From contig OZ219747.1 in NCBI GenBank assembly GCA_964291265.2, positions 992,001-1,056,000 of the forward strand: a DNA stretch of 64,000 bases. Direction: 5' to 3'. Both the position numbers and the translations under genes were made by a program. Within the stretch, counting starts at the first letter, position 1. Each line of letters starts with the position of its first letter. This stretch comes from Alphaproteobacteria bacterium (lineage in GTDB: Bacteria; Pseudomonadota; Alphaproteobacteria; SP197). Positions 51,634 through 60,395 of this stretch are shown piece by piece. Below the pieces are notes generated by a model. It was given only the letters and a program-made list of their open reading frames with translations, had not been told where the DNA came from and searched no databases.

Positions 51634-51809
51634 CGAAGCGAACGCTCTGCCTCGCCAACCCGTTCGGGTTTTCCGCACTGGCGGCCTCTGGCCCGCTCAT
51701 CGGTCTCGTCGAGGACCTGGCCGATCGGTCCTGGGGCCTCGCGCGCTGGATTGCCGGGGAGGAAGTTGCCCTGGCGTCACGGCCCGGGACGGTGGCCCCT
51801 GATGTGTGA
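51630..51809 (+). pseudogene. Internally deleted duplicate of the deoxyribosyltransferase domain
   Basis: MTKRTLCLANPFGFS...GPL joined directly to EDLAD.S.GLARWIAGE; catalytic core missing. Confidence 0.75.
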
Positions 51810-51905
51810 TCGCGCCGAACCCTCAGACGGCGCCTTGTGGCGGTGGTGGGCGCGGAACGCGGACGGCATCGGCGCCGCGGCGTCGGCTGCGTGAGGGCCG
51901 ACTGA

Positions 51906-52931
51906 ATGAAACGCGCGGGCAGGCGATGGCGGAAGCGGATGCGGTGGCGACGCCGACGGTCGGGGCGGTTGCTGTTCCTGTTGATGGCGGCGGCGGTGGC
52001 GGCGGCGCTCACCACGTCCGGCGCCTGGGATGATGTGAGGCGTGTGATGCGAGAGCGCTTCGACGGAACCCAGAGCGCCCTCCCGCCGGTAGTGGAGAGC
52101 GGGAACGGCCTCGTCGTGGGGCAGGCCGGCGGGGCCGGGACCGATACCTCCTCCCCCGCGGCCGACACTCCTCCCCTGGTCGGTCCGGCGCCGCCGGATG
52201 CGGCGGCCCGCGATCAGCCTGTCTTGTCCGCGGTCGTGCGTTCCCTGAAGGCCGGGTTGGGTCCGGCGTCGCCCTATGCCTGGTCGACGATGCTGGGAAC
52301 GGCCGGGAGCATGCGCGCCGCCGTGACCGACGGCGCCCGCGTGTGGTGGGTCCGCGAGGGCGATCACCTGCCGGGAGACTGGCAGGTGATCCGCATCGCC
52401 GTCCGGCCGCCCGGCGTCACCCTGCGCCATGGCATCACCGGCGAGGTGGCCCTGCCTCACGGCGGAGGGAGTGGTCAGAGGAGCGGTGGGGTCGTGCCGG
52501 CAAACGCGGCAGCAACGCTCTCCGGGTCCGCCCGGGTCGTCGACGGCGACACGCTCGATGTGGGTGGGACGCGGGTGCGCCTCCATGGCATCGACGCGCC
52601 GGAGAGCGGACAGCGGTGCCGTAGTGCGGGCCAGGCCTGGGCGTGTGGCCGCGAGGCCTCCCGCGCCCTCGCCGCGTTCATCGGATCGCGAGCCGTCGCG
52701 TGCCATGAGCGCGACCGGGATCGCTACGGCAGGGTGGTGGCGGTGTGCCGCCTCGATGGCCGGAACATGAACGCCTGGATGGTGGCGCAGGGCTGGGCGC
52801 TGGCCTACCGCCGCTACTCGCTGGACTACGTCCAGGCGGAGGCGGCGGCACGGGCCGCAAGGCGCGGCGTGTGGCGCGGCGAGGTGGTCGCGCCCTGGGA
52901 CTGGCGGCGCGGCACGCGGCTGGAACCATGA
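51906..52931 (+). CDS. Membrane-anchored thermonuclease (SNase) family protein with extra middle domain
   Basis: VVDGDTL, RLHGIDAPE, DRYGRVVA, MVAQGWA.AY..YS..Y, GVW.G....PWDWRR; N-terminal Arg-rich stretch plus TM. Confidence 0.87.
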   Translation: MKRAGRRWRKRMRWRRRRSGRLLFLLMAAAVAAALTTSGAWDDVRRVMRERFDGTQSALPPVVESGNGLVVGQAGGAGTDTSSPAADTPPLVGPAPPDAAARDQPVLSAVVRSLKAGLGPASPYAWSTMLGTAGSMRAAVTDGARVWWVREGDHLPGDWQVIRIAVRPPGVTLRHGITGEVALPHGGGSGQRSGGVVPANAAATLSGSARVVDGDTLDVGGTRVRLHGIDAPESGQRCRSAGQAWACGREASRALAAFIGSRAVACHERDRDRYGRVVAVCRLDGRNMNAWMVAQGWALAYRRYSLDYVQAEAAARAARRGVWRGEVVAPWDWRRGTRLEP

Positions 52932-53102
52932 CGGCCGGTGCGGGCGTCATGGTGCGAATCCGAAACGGGGACAGTGGGCGGTGGTGGGCCGTGCGCGCCT
53001 TGGCATCACCGTCGTCGGCGATGGTGTTCCGGTGCCCTCGCGCGGGCGGTGCAGGTGCTGTAGTCTGGCGCCGACCGGGTTGGTCAGGGCGGAGACTGCG
53101 AC

Positions 53103-53420
53103 ATGGCGGACGAGGACGGAAGGTCGGACGAGAGGGCGGCCGCTTCCGAGAGCGGTTGGTCGGAGACCATGACCGTGGCGGAGGAGGATGCCTGGCTTGC
53201 CAGCATCGGGTTCCTCATCAGCAGCGGCGTGGAGGATGGCGAGGAGGGCCTCAGGTGGTTCCTCTGCGACGTGGAGGATGGCGTGCCGATCGGCGCCGGC
53301 TTTCCGTCGCGCGACGACGCCGTGGCGGCGGCGCGGATCACCGACGAGTGGCACGAGGCCGAGGTCCGTCTCCAGGAGGAGATCCGCGCCGAATTCGGCA
53401 TCGGCCCGGACGACGGCTGA
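53103..53420 (+). CDS. Small highly acidic hypothetical protein
   Basis: GGAG RBS; 105 aa rich in D/E. Confidence 0.55.
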   Translation: MADEDGRSDERAAASESGWSETMTVAEEDAWLASIGFLISSGVEDGEEGLRWFLCDVEDGVPIGAGFPSRDDAVAAARITDEWHEAEVRLQEEIRAEFGIGPDDG

Positions 53421-53422
53421 GG

Positions 53423-53755
53423 TCAGACGAGCGTCCCTTGTTCGGCGCCGGCGTCGGCTGGCGCCGGCGGGTCCTGGTCCCTTCCCTTCGCGGACTTTGT
53501 CGGCGGCGCCTTCTTCGGCGGCGCCTCGTTCCCGGCGATGATCCGGGAGATGGCGGCGAGCGACACGATGATGCCGTGTTCCTTGAGGGCGTCGCGGATC
53601 TGCTCGTGGGTTACACCTCGCCGGGCGGCGGAGACGATCTGCGGGGTCACCCGTTCGATGGCCTCGTCGGTGGTGATTGTCGGCGCCTCGAGGGCCGCCA
53701 GCCTGGCCTCGATGGCCGGGAAATCCATGTGTGCTTCGACGAAGGTGCGCACCAT
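53423..53755 (-). CDS. MobC/TraK-like relaxosome accessory protein (putative)
   Basis: EAIERV...I..A..RG.T.EQI.D.LKE.GI.VS.A.I HTH-like pattern; divergent from the relaxase across the oriT candidate. Confidence 0.55.
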   Translation of the reverse strand: MVRTFVEAHMDFPAIEARLAALEAPTITTDEAIERVTPQIVSAARRGVTHEQIRDALKEHGIIVSLAAISRIIAGNEAPPKKAPPTKSAKGRDQDPPAPADAGAEQGTLV

Positions 53756-54020
53756 GGCGTCGTGTCTCCCCTGTCTGCCACGCGTCTTCCTGCCGGACGC
53801 AGCGGATCAAGTCAACGCCTGACCCCGCCGGCTCCCGCCCCAGGCCATCGCCGAGTGCCGCGGAGGCCGCCCAGCCGGCAAACGACCGTCTCCCGCCACG
53901 GCGATCCCCAGGCGTCATGCCGGTCCGGCAGCCACCCAACCGCTCGCGCCGGCGGCGCATCTTCTGATCTGACTTGACCTTCTCGATTCCTGCCGTCATC
54001 CTCAAACCGGAACCAAACAG

Positions 54021-54048
54021 GGCTCCACACCACTTCACTAAAAGTGAG
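54021..54048 (-). other. Candidate MOBF oriT/nic site
   Basis: Minus strand TCACT-TTT-AGTGA hairpin followed by AGTGGTGT^GGAGC, resembling F nic GGGGTGT^GGTGC, in an AT-rich intergenic stretch. Confidence 0.55.
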
Positions 54049-54189
54049 AAAATTTACACAACGACGCGCGATGACGGCACAGATCCTGACAACAAGCACC
54101 CGACCAAGCCCTAGGGGAAGCGAGAACGTGCGCACGATCAACGGCTTGCGCCACGCCTCGCACAAGCGAGCCTGAAGCGGGAACGGCTC

Positions 54190-57100
54190 GTGGTCGCCAC
54201 CGTCAACGGCATGGCCGCCGCCACCTATTACCTGTCGGCCCAGAAGACGTGGAGGCGGGACGAATCGCGGGATGCAGGTGCATCGACGCTGACGCTGCCC
54301 GGTCTCGAGGACGGCGGCCAGGGCCGCGCCACGGGTGGCGGCAACGGGAGCGGATCCGGCGGACCGCAGTACCATCGAGGAGGCGCGGAGAGTGATGGCG
54401 GGCGGAGGAACCCGCAGGGGATGTCCGGTCTCGAGGGTGGCGGCCGGGGCCGTGCCACGGGCGGCAGCGGTGGGAGCGGATCCGGCGGACCGCAGTACTA
54501 CCAGGGCGGCGAGGAGCCTGATGGCGTGTGGTGGAACCCGCATGGAATGCTCGGTCTCGAGGACCGCGGCCTGGTCGGCGCCAGGGAATTCCGGCGGCTC
54601 TACGCCGGATACGATCCCTCGACCGGCGAGCGCCTCACCCGCAACACCGGATCCGAGGAGCGCTCGCCCGGCCTCGACATGACCTTCAGCGCCGACAAGA
54701 CCGTCTCCGCCCTGTGGGCGATCGCCGACGAGGAGACCCGGGCCGAGATCGAGGCGGCGCACAACGAGGCGGCGCGCAAGGCGCTGGACATGATCGTCGC
54801 CGAGCACTGCGCTTGGACGCGGATCCGGCCGAATGGCCGGGAGGTCATCTTCCGGAGGGCGAAGCTCTGCGGCGCGATGTTCCAGCACGGAACATCGCGT
54901 GACGGTGATCCACAGCTTCACACGCACTGCCTGATCTTCAACGTCACCCAGGCCGACGACGGGGTCTTCCGGTCGCACTACCGGCCTCCCGTCTTCCGCT
55001 GGCAGAAGGCGGCGGGCGCGGTCTACCGCAACGCCCTGGCGGGCGGGCTTCAGGACCGACTCAAGGTGACGATCGAGCGCTACGGCCGTGACGAGGCCTT
55101 CACCCGCATTGCCGGGGTTCCCGCGGAGCTGGTGGCGGAATGGTCGAAGCGGCGGCGGACCATCGCCGACATGGCGGAGTCCCTGGGCTTCGAAACCGCG
55201 GCCAACGCCGCGGCGGCTTCTGGCATCAACAGGGCGACGAGGAAGGCGAAGGTCGACGAGCTGGGCGGCGAACTGCGTCACGCCGCCTGGGCCATCGAGG
55301 CGGCGGCGCACATCGAGAACCGGCAGGAATTCGTCGAGGGTCTCGTCGGCCATGACATGTCGCTCACGGGCGACGACGTCGCCGCGGCCGTCGATCGCGT
55401 GGTGAAGATCCCCGACGACATCACGCGGCACGAAGCGGTGTTCCACCTGCAGGACGTCATCGAGCGGGCGATGAACGCGACCGCGGGAGTCTTCTCGCCG
55501 GGCGTGACGATGGCCACGGTCGACCAGGTGATGAGCGACAGCGATGTCGTCGAGCTGGGCATGCCGCCGGCCTCCCTCGAGGCGGGCGCCGGCATGACCC
55601 ACGCCCGTCTCTTCTCGACCGCCGATCTCATCCGCAAGGAGCGGGAGCTCGGCGCCATGGCCGGCGCCCTGGCGGAGGATCGGAGCCTCGCCATCGAGGC
55701 GGGCGTGATCGAGACGAGGCTCGGCGAACTGCGCCGCGACGGCTATCCGATCTCCGACGAGCAGGCGAAGGCGATCCGTTACGGCGCCGGCGCCGGGAGC
55801 GGCAAGCTGGCGATCATCGAGGGTGCTGCGGGCTCGGGAAAGACGACCACGCTGAGGCCGATCACCGATCTCCTGCAGGAGAAGGGATGCACGGTGATCG
55901 CCACCGCGGTGGCCTGGCGGACCGCGGTGGCGCTGGGCACCGACTGCGGCGTCGCTCCGTTTTCCGTCGATCGCCTGCTGCGCCGTGCGGCACGGGGCGA
56001 GGTCCATCTCGACGACAGGACCGTCATCGTGGTGGATGAAGCCGGGATGCTCTCGGTGCCCCAGGCCTGGCAGCTCCTGCGGCTCGCCAGGGAACACGGA
56101 TGCAAGGTGATCGCCGCCGGCGACACCCACCAGCACCAGCCGATCGGCGCCGGGCCCGGGCTGCGTTTGATGCGCGAAGCGGCGCGTGGCGTGCGGGTCG
56201 ACGAGATCCGCCGCCAGAAGGCGGATGTCGAGGACATCCTTGTCCAGGTCCACGGCCAGGACCCGCAGGACGTGCGCTACGCGCTCGGCATGATGAGCGC
56301 CGAAGAGAAACGGCGGGTCCTCGACGATTACGAGGCGATGCCGATCAGGCCCAAGGTCAAGCCATGGCAGATCGCGGTCTCGGAGGCCTTCCGAGACGGA
56401 AAGGCGGCCGATGCGATCGGTCTTCTCGCCGAGCGGGACCGGTTCGTTCTCGGTCGCGACCTCCAGGCGACGCTGGAGGAACTCGTCAACGACTGGGAGT
56501 GCTGGCGCCTCGAGAACCCGGACGGTGTCGCGACCGTCATCGCCCGCACCCACGACGAGGTGCAGGTGCTCTCCCACCTCATGCGCGAGAAGGTGCTGGC
56601 GAAGGTGGCGGGGTCGGACCGGCGGGTGGTGGTGCGGGCGTGCGGCGCCCGGGCGCAGGGCCGCGAGAAGGATCTCGAGATCGCGTGTGGCGACCTGCTG
56701 CGGATCGGCGCCCTGGTGTGGGAGAAGCGCCTCTTCAACGGCACCGTGGTCGCGGTGAAGGACATCACGGTCCACGACCAGGGGACGGAGGGCGAGAGGG
56801 TCGAGATCCACGCAAGGAGCGAGTACGGCGACGACGTTGCGTTCTTCGTCGACGAGCTGGTCGACTACCACGGCAAGGTGCGGCTCGATCACGGCTACGC
56901 CATGACCATCGCGTCCTCTCAGGGCCGCACCGTCGATGCGGCCTTCGTGCTGGCCGACGACCGGGCGCCGAAGCCGACCATCTACCCGGCGGTGACGCGC
57001 CACAGGGATCACCTGCGGCTCTACGTCAACCGTGCGCCGCTCGCCGAAGCGGTGCGGGAGAAGCGCTCGGAGGACCTGGTCGGCACGCAAGTGAGCGACG

Positions 57101-60075
57101 AGGAGATCGTCGAGCATCTCGCCTCGCGCTGGTCGCGCGCGGGCGCGAAGGAGGCGGCGACGGACTACATCGCGGAAGCGCGGGATCATCACGCCGGCGG
57201 CAAGGGCGGCGCCGCCTGGGTGGCCGCCAACGACAACGAGGGCGGCGGGTTGCGCTCGCTCGCGCGGGCCATCCGGCGGACAACGGACCGCTGGCGCTAC
57301 GGCGCCCGGGTGTCGGCTGTGGCCGGGGAGATACGGGAACTCGAGGACGAGTACCACGACCTGGTCGAGCGGCATGCGGCCGCCGGCGGGGCCGAGGCCG
57401 TACCGCTCGGGGAGTTCGAGGCGATCGCTCGCGCACAGGGCGATGTGGTGCGGCGCATGGCGGCGTTCACCGGACCGCAGGGCCGCTGGCGGACCCTGTG
57501 GCGCGACGCCGGGGACATGGATGTCGCGGAGGCGGAGGCCTTCCGGAACCGGCACCGGGATGTCCGGGACTGGATCACCGGGGCGCGGCGGCGCCAGGCG
57601 AGCCTGGCCGCGGTCGAGGCCCGCGGCGGGCAGGGACAACTGCAACAGGCCGTGGCGGTGCGGGAGACTCGCGCCGGCGGCGAGGGTGAAGAGAGGGGAG
57701 GTGCACAGATGGCCATGTCGCAACGGGTGGCGCGCGAACTGCTGGTGGACAGCTGCCGGGCGCAGATGCAGGACCGCTATCTGTGGGGCGTCGAGGGCCA
57801 GGAGATCCTCGACGACCTGCGGGCGAGATCGTCGGAAGCGCTGGAGCGATGGCCGGGTGACGACGCGGAGGGGCGGGAGGTTGTCGTCACCTACCTCGAC
57901 AGCTACAGCCAGGCGATGACCGCATGGGCGGCGGCGAGAGAGGTGGTCGGCGCGGCCGGGATGCTCGCTGGCGGCAGGGTCGACACGGCGCAGTGGCTGA
58001 TCGGCCTTCTCGACGACATCGACGCCGGTGCGGACGATGTCTGGCATGACACGGCTCTGCGCATCGTGGGCAGCGCCCTCGTCCGGCAGGGGCGTCTGGT
58101 CTCGCCTGTGGCATGGCTGGCCGAGACCAGGGCGGAGGCGGAACGGACGGTGGCGGGCATCCGCCGGGCGGAAGCCGGACCCTCCGTCTCCCGGGGGCGG
58201 GACGACGCCGGGCGGAGCGAAGCCGTGGCGGCGCAGTCAGGCGGTGGCGAGGACAGGAAGATCCTCGATGCGCCGCCGCCTCCACGGCCGGTGGCGGCGC
58301 CTGCCGACGAGGCTCCGGTCCGGCAGCGGCCGTCGCCGCAACCGGCGGCGAGGCCGCGGCGGGAGCGGCTCCCGGACGTCAAGGAACTGGCGGCGCTGCT
58401 GGCCGAGCGGGCCGAGGAATTCTGCAGGGTCTATCTCCCCGCCGGCCGGCGGCGCGGCGAGTACTGGAAGATCGGCGGCGTGGACGGTCACGCCGGCGAA
58501 TCCATGTGGGTTCTCCTGACCGGCCCGAGGGCCGGCGCGTGGCAGGACACGGCGACCGGTCAACACGGCGACCTGGTGCACCTGATCAAGGAGGTCATGC
58601 GGCTTCCCGATATCGCCGCGGCCCTTCCGGAGGCGAGCGCCTTCCTCGGCGGCGCCGGCGTCGTCGCCATGGCGCCGCGGACGGAGCGGCTGGATGCCGG
58701 GGCGGCAGGGAAGGAGGCCGACCGTCATGCCAAGGCGCGCCGGGCCAAGGCGCAGAGGACCTGGGAGAGGTGCCGGCCGCTGCGCCGGGGCGAACGGTCG
58801 CCCGGCGCCCTCTATCTCGTGCGCCGGGAGATCTCCGTCGAGGCGGCCTCCGCCCTGCGGTGGTCGCCGGAGCTGATGACGCAGGACGATACCGGCAGCG
58901 CCGTGATGGCGCCGGCCCTCGTGGCGCGGATCGAGACCGCCGCCGGCGAGTTCCGCGGCGTGCAGCGGATCTTCCTGACCGGTTCCGGCGAGAAGGCGGC
59001 GCTGGGCAAGGGCGGCGCCAAGAAGGCGCAGGGCGACCTCGCCGACGGCGGGGTGTGGTTCGGCAACCGCGAGGCGTCGCGGGTGGTCATGACGGAGGGC
59101 GTCGAGGACGCGCTGGCCGCCATCACGGCGCTGCCGGCGGATGCCCTGGAGCGCGTGGCGGTGGTGGCGAGCACGGGCGCAAACCGACTGCACCGCGTGG
59201 CGCTGCCGCCCTCCACGCGCGAGGTGGTGGTCCTGCAGGATCCGGGGCAGACCGGCGAGGAGACGTTCCGCAGGCTGAAGGCGCAACGCGAGAGCGAGGG
59301 ACTGCAGGTGCGGGCGATCCGGCAGGCCGTGGACGTGAACGATGCGCTCGTCGCCGACCGGGACGCTCTGGCGCGGCTCCTGGCGCCGCTGGCCGAGCCC
59401 GGTTCCGCCGCCGCTCTCAAGGCGCCGCCGGCGGCGGACGACCCGGAGGCTCTCGTGGGGCGCGCCGCCCGCTGGCGCGCTGCGGCCGCGAGCGGCGGGT
59501 GGGCCGCGGCCGACATCCATGCCATGGGCCCCGATCTCGACCAGGCGCGAGATGCCCTCGCCCGGGCGGGTGGACTGACCGACGGCGCGAGGGACACGCT
59601 GGAGGCCTTTGCCGGGGAGGCGGGCCGGGCCCTGGGCGCCATGCGGATGGCGGCGGGACTCGTGGCCGGGGTCGAGGATCTCATGCGGCAGCGCGGCGAC
59701 ATCCTGACGCGGGTCACCGGGGAGCGGCATCCCCGGTCCGCCGAGCGGCGGTTCTTCGCCGAGGTGCGCAATCATCCGCACATGGACGGCTGGACCGAAC
59801 GGGCCGGGAAGGCGCTGCGCGTGATGGCGGACCTGCAGGCCAGCGAGAGGACCGCATGGGGCGCGGCGGTCCTGGATCTGCTGGGCCGGCGCGTGCCGGA
59901 TGCCTCGATGACGACGGCGGACGCGAATGCGCGGTACTATCTGATCAGCCAGGCACGGCGGATCACCGATACCCTGAAGCGCGACGACCGCATGCGGCGC
60001 GCCGGGACCGGCGAAGCGGTCGCCGAGGAGATGAAGGCGGGCCATCGGCGGGCCGTCTCCCGGGGCCTGGCATGA
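54190..60075 (+). CDS. MOBF (TrwC-type) relaxase-helicase fused to a C-terminal Toprim primase-like region
   Basis: YY pairs, DMTFSADKTVS, HGTSRDGDPQLHTH, WSKRR, GAAGSGKTT, VDEAGM, HGYAMTI.SSQG.TVD; W.D.ATG..GD, TEGVEDALA Toprim. Confidence 0.93.
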   Translation: MVATVNGMAAATYYLSAQKTWRRDESRDAGASTLTLPGLEDGGQGRATGGGNGSGSGGPQYHRGGAESDGGRRNPQGMSGLEGGGRGRATGGSGGSGSGGPQYYQGGEEPDGVWWNPHGMLGLEDRGLVGAREFRRLYAGYDPSTGERLTRNTGSEERSPGLDMTFSADKTVSALWAIADEETRAEIEAAHNEAARKALDMIVAEHCAWTRIRPNGREVIFRRAKLCGAMFQHGTSRDGDPQLHTHCLIFNVTQADDGVFRSHYRPPVFRWQKAAGAVYRNALAGGLQDRLKVTIERYGRDEAFTRIAGVPAELVAEWSKRRRTIADMAESLGFETAANAAAASGINRATRKAKVDELGGELRHAAWAIEAAAHIENRQEFVEGLVGHDMSLTGDDVAAAVDRVVKIPDDITRHEAVFHLQDVIERAMNATAGVFSPGVTMATVDQVMSDSDVVELGMPPASLEAGAGMTHARLFSTADLIRKERELGAMAGALAEDRSLAIEAGVIETRLGELRRDGYPISDEQAKAIRYGAGAGSGKLAIIEGAAGSGKTTTLRPITDLLQEKGCTVIATAVAWRTAVALGTDCGVAPFSVDRLLRRAARGEVHLDDRTVIVVDEAGMLSVPQAWQLLRLAREHGCKVIAAGDTHQHQPIGAGPGLRLMREAARGVRVDEIRRQKADVEDILVQVHGQDPQDVRYALGMMSAEEKRRVLDDYEAMPIRPKVKPWQIAVSEAFRDGKAADAIGLLAERDRFVLGRDLQATLEELVNDWECWRLENPDGVATVIARTHDEVQVLSHLMREKVLAKVAGSDRRVVVRACGARAQGREKDLEIACGDLLRIGALVWEKRLFNGTVVAVKDITVHDQGTEGERVEIHARSEYGDDVAFFVDELVDYHGKVRLDHGYAMTIASSQGRTVDAAFVLADDRAPKPTIYPAVTRHRDHLRLYVNRAPLAEAVREKRSEDLVGTQVSDEEIVEHLASRWSRAGAKEAATDYIAEARDHHAGGKGGAAWVAANDNEGGGLRSLARAIRRTTDRWRYGARVSAVAGEIRELEDEYHDLVERHAAAGGAEAVPLGEFEAIARAQGDVVRRMAAFTGPQGRWRTLWRDAGDMDVAEAEAFRNRHRDVRDWITGARRRQASLAAVEARGGQGQLQQAVAVRETRAGGEGEERGGAQMAMSQRVARELLVDSCRAQMQDRYLWGVEGQEILDDLRARSSEALERWPGDDAEGREVVVTYLDSYSQAMTAWAAAREVVGAAGMLAGGRVDTAQWLIGLLDDIDAGADDVWHDTALRIVGSALVRQGRLVSPVAWLAETRAEAERTVAGIRRAEAGPSVSRGRDDAGRSEAVAAQSGGGEDRKILDAPPPPRPVAAPADEAPVRQRPSPQPAARPRRERLPDVKELAALLAERAEEFCRVYLPAGRRRGEYWKIGGVDGHAGESMWVLLTGPRAGAWQDTATGQHGDLVHLIKEVMRLPDIAAALPEASAFLGGAGVVAMAPRTERLDAGAAGKEADRHAKARRAKAQRTWERCRPLRRGERSPGALYLVRREISVEAASALRWSPELMTQDDTGSAVMAPALVARIETAAGEFRGVQRIFLTGSGEKAALGKGGAKKAQGDLADGGVWFGNREASRVVMTEGVEDALAAITALPADALERVAVVASTGANRLHRVALPPSTREVVVLQDPGQTGEETFRRLKAQRESEGLQVRAIRQAVDVNDALVADRDALARLLAPLAEPGSAAALKAPPAADDPEALVGRAARWRAAAASGGWAAADIHAMGPDLDQARDALARAGGLTDGARDTLEAFAGEAGRALGAMRMAAGLVAGVEDLMRQRGDILTRVTGERHPRSAERRFFAEVRNHPHMDGWTERAGKALRVMADLQASERTAWGAAVLDLLGRRVPDASMTTADANARYYLISQARRITDTLKRDDRMRRAGTGEAVAEEMKAGHRRAVSRGLA
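54301..54562 (+). repeat. 126-bp in-frame tandem duplication inside the relaxase N-terminus
   Basis: GGTCTCGAGG at 54301, 54427 and 54553; GGGAGCGGATCCGGCGGACCGCAGTAC twice. Confidence 0.88.
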
Positions 60076-60100
60076 CGATGCTGTGGGGAGGAGGAGCGAG

Positions 60101-60394
60101 ATGAACGGCTACTACGAGATGAAGAGGGTCGGCCAGGTCAGGGTCGGCACGAAGGTCGAACGGTGGATGGGCGGCGGGCCCCGGGACTGGGGCGAGGTGA
60201 CGAAGCTGCTGCCGGCGGGTGAGGTGGTGGTCTTCTGGGAAGGATCCGCCGACACCCTGATTCACGATGTCGGGGACATCTTCGACATCTGCGTCCGGGA
60301 CTGGTCGGACGAGGTCCGCGCGCTGATCGCCGCGCGGGCGGGTGAAGCGGGCGGCGGCGGGAATGGCATGACGGAACCGGAAGGGGAGACGTGA
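60101..60394 (+). CDS. Hypothetical protein, one RVGTK/WGEVTKLL domain
   Basis: Strong GGAGGAGGAG RBS; motif shared with the next gene. Confidence 0.75.
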   Translation: MNGYYEMKRVGQVRVGTKVERWMGGGPRDWGEVTKLLPAGEVVVFWEGSADTLIHDVGDIFDICVRDWSDEVRALIAARAGEAGGGGNGMTEPEGET

Positions 60395-60395
60395 G

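Noticed and set aside
53812-58047. 1411-aa minus-strand ORF (likewise 46261-49011, 4263-6548, 21361-23796)
   Set aside because: Antisense shadows of well-supported genes in high-GC DNA, with no motifs of their own.
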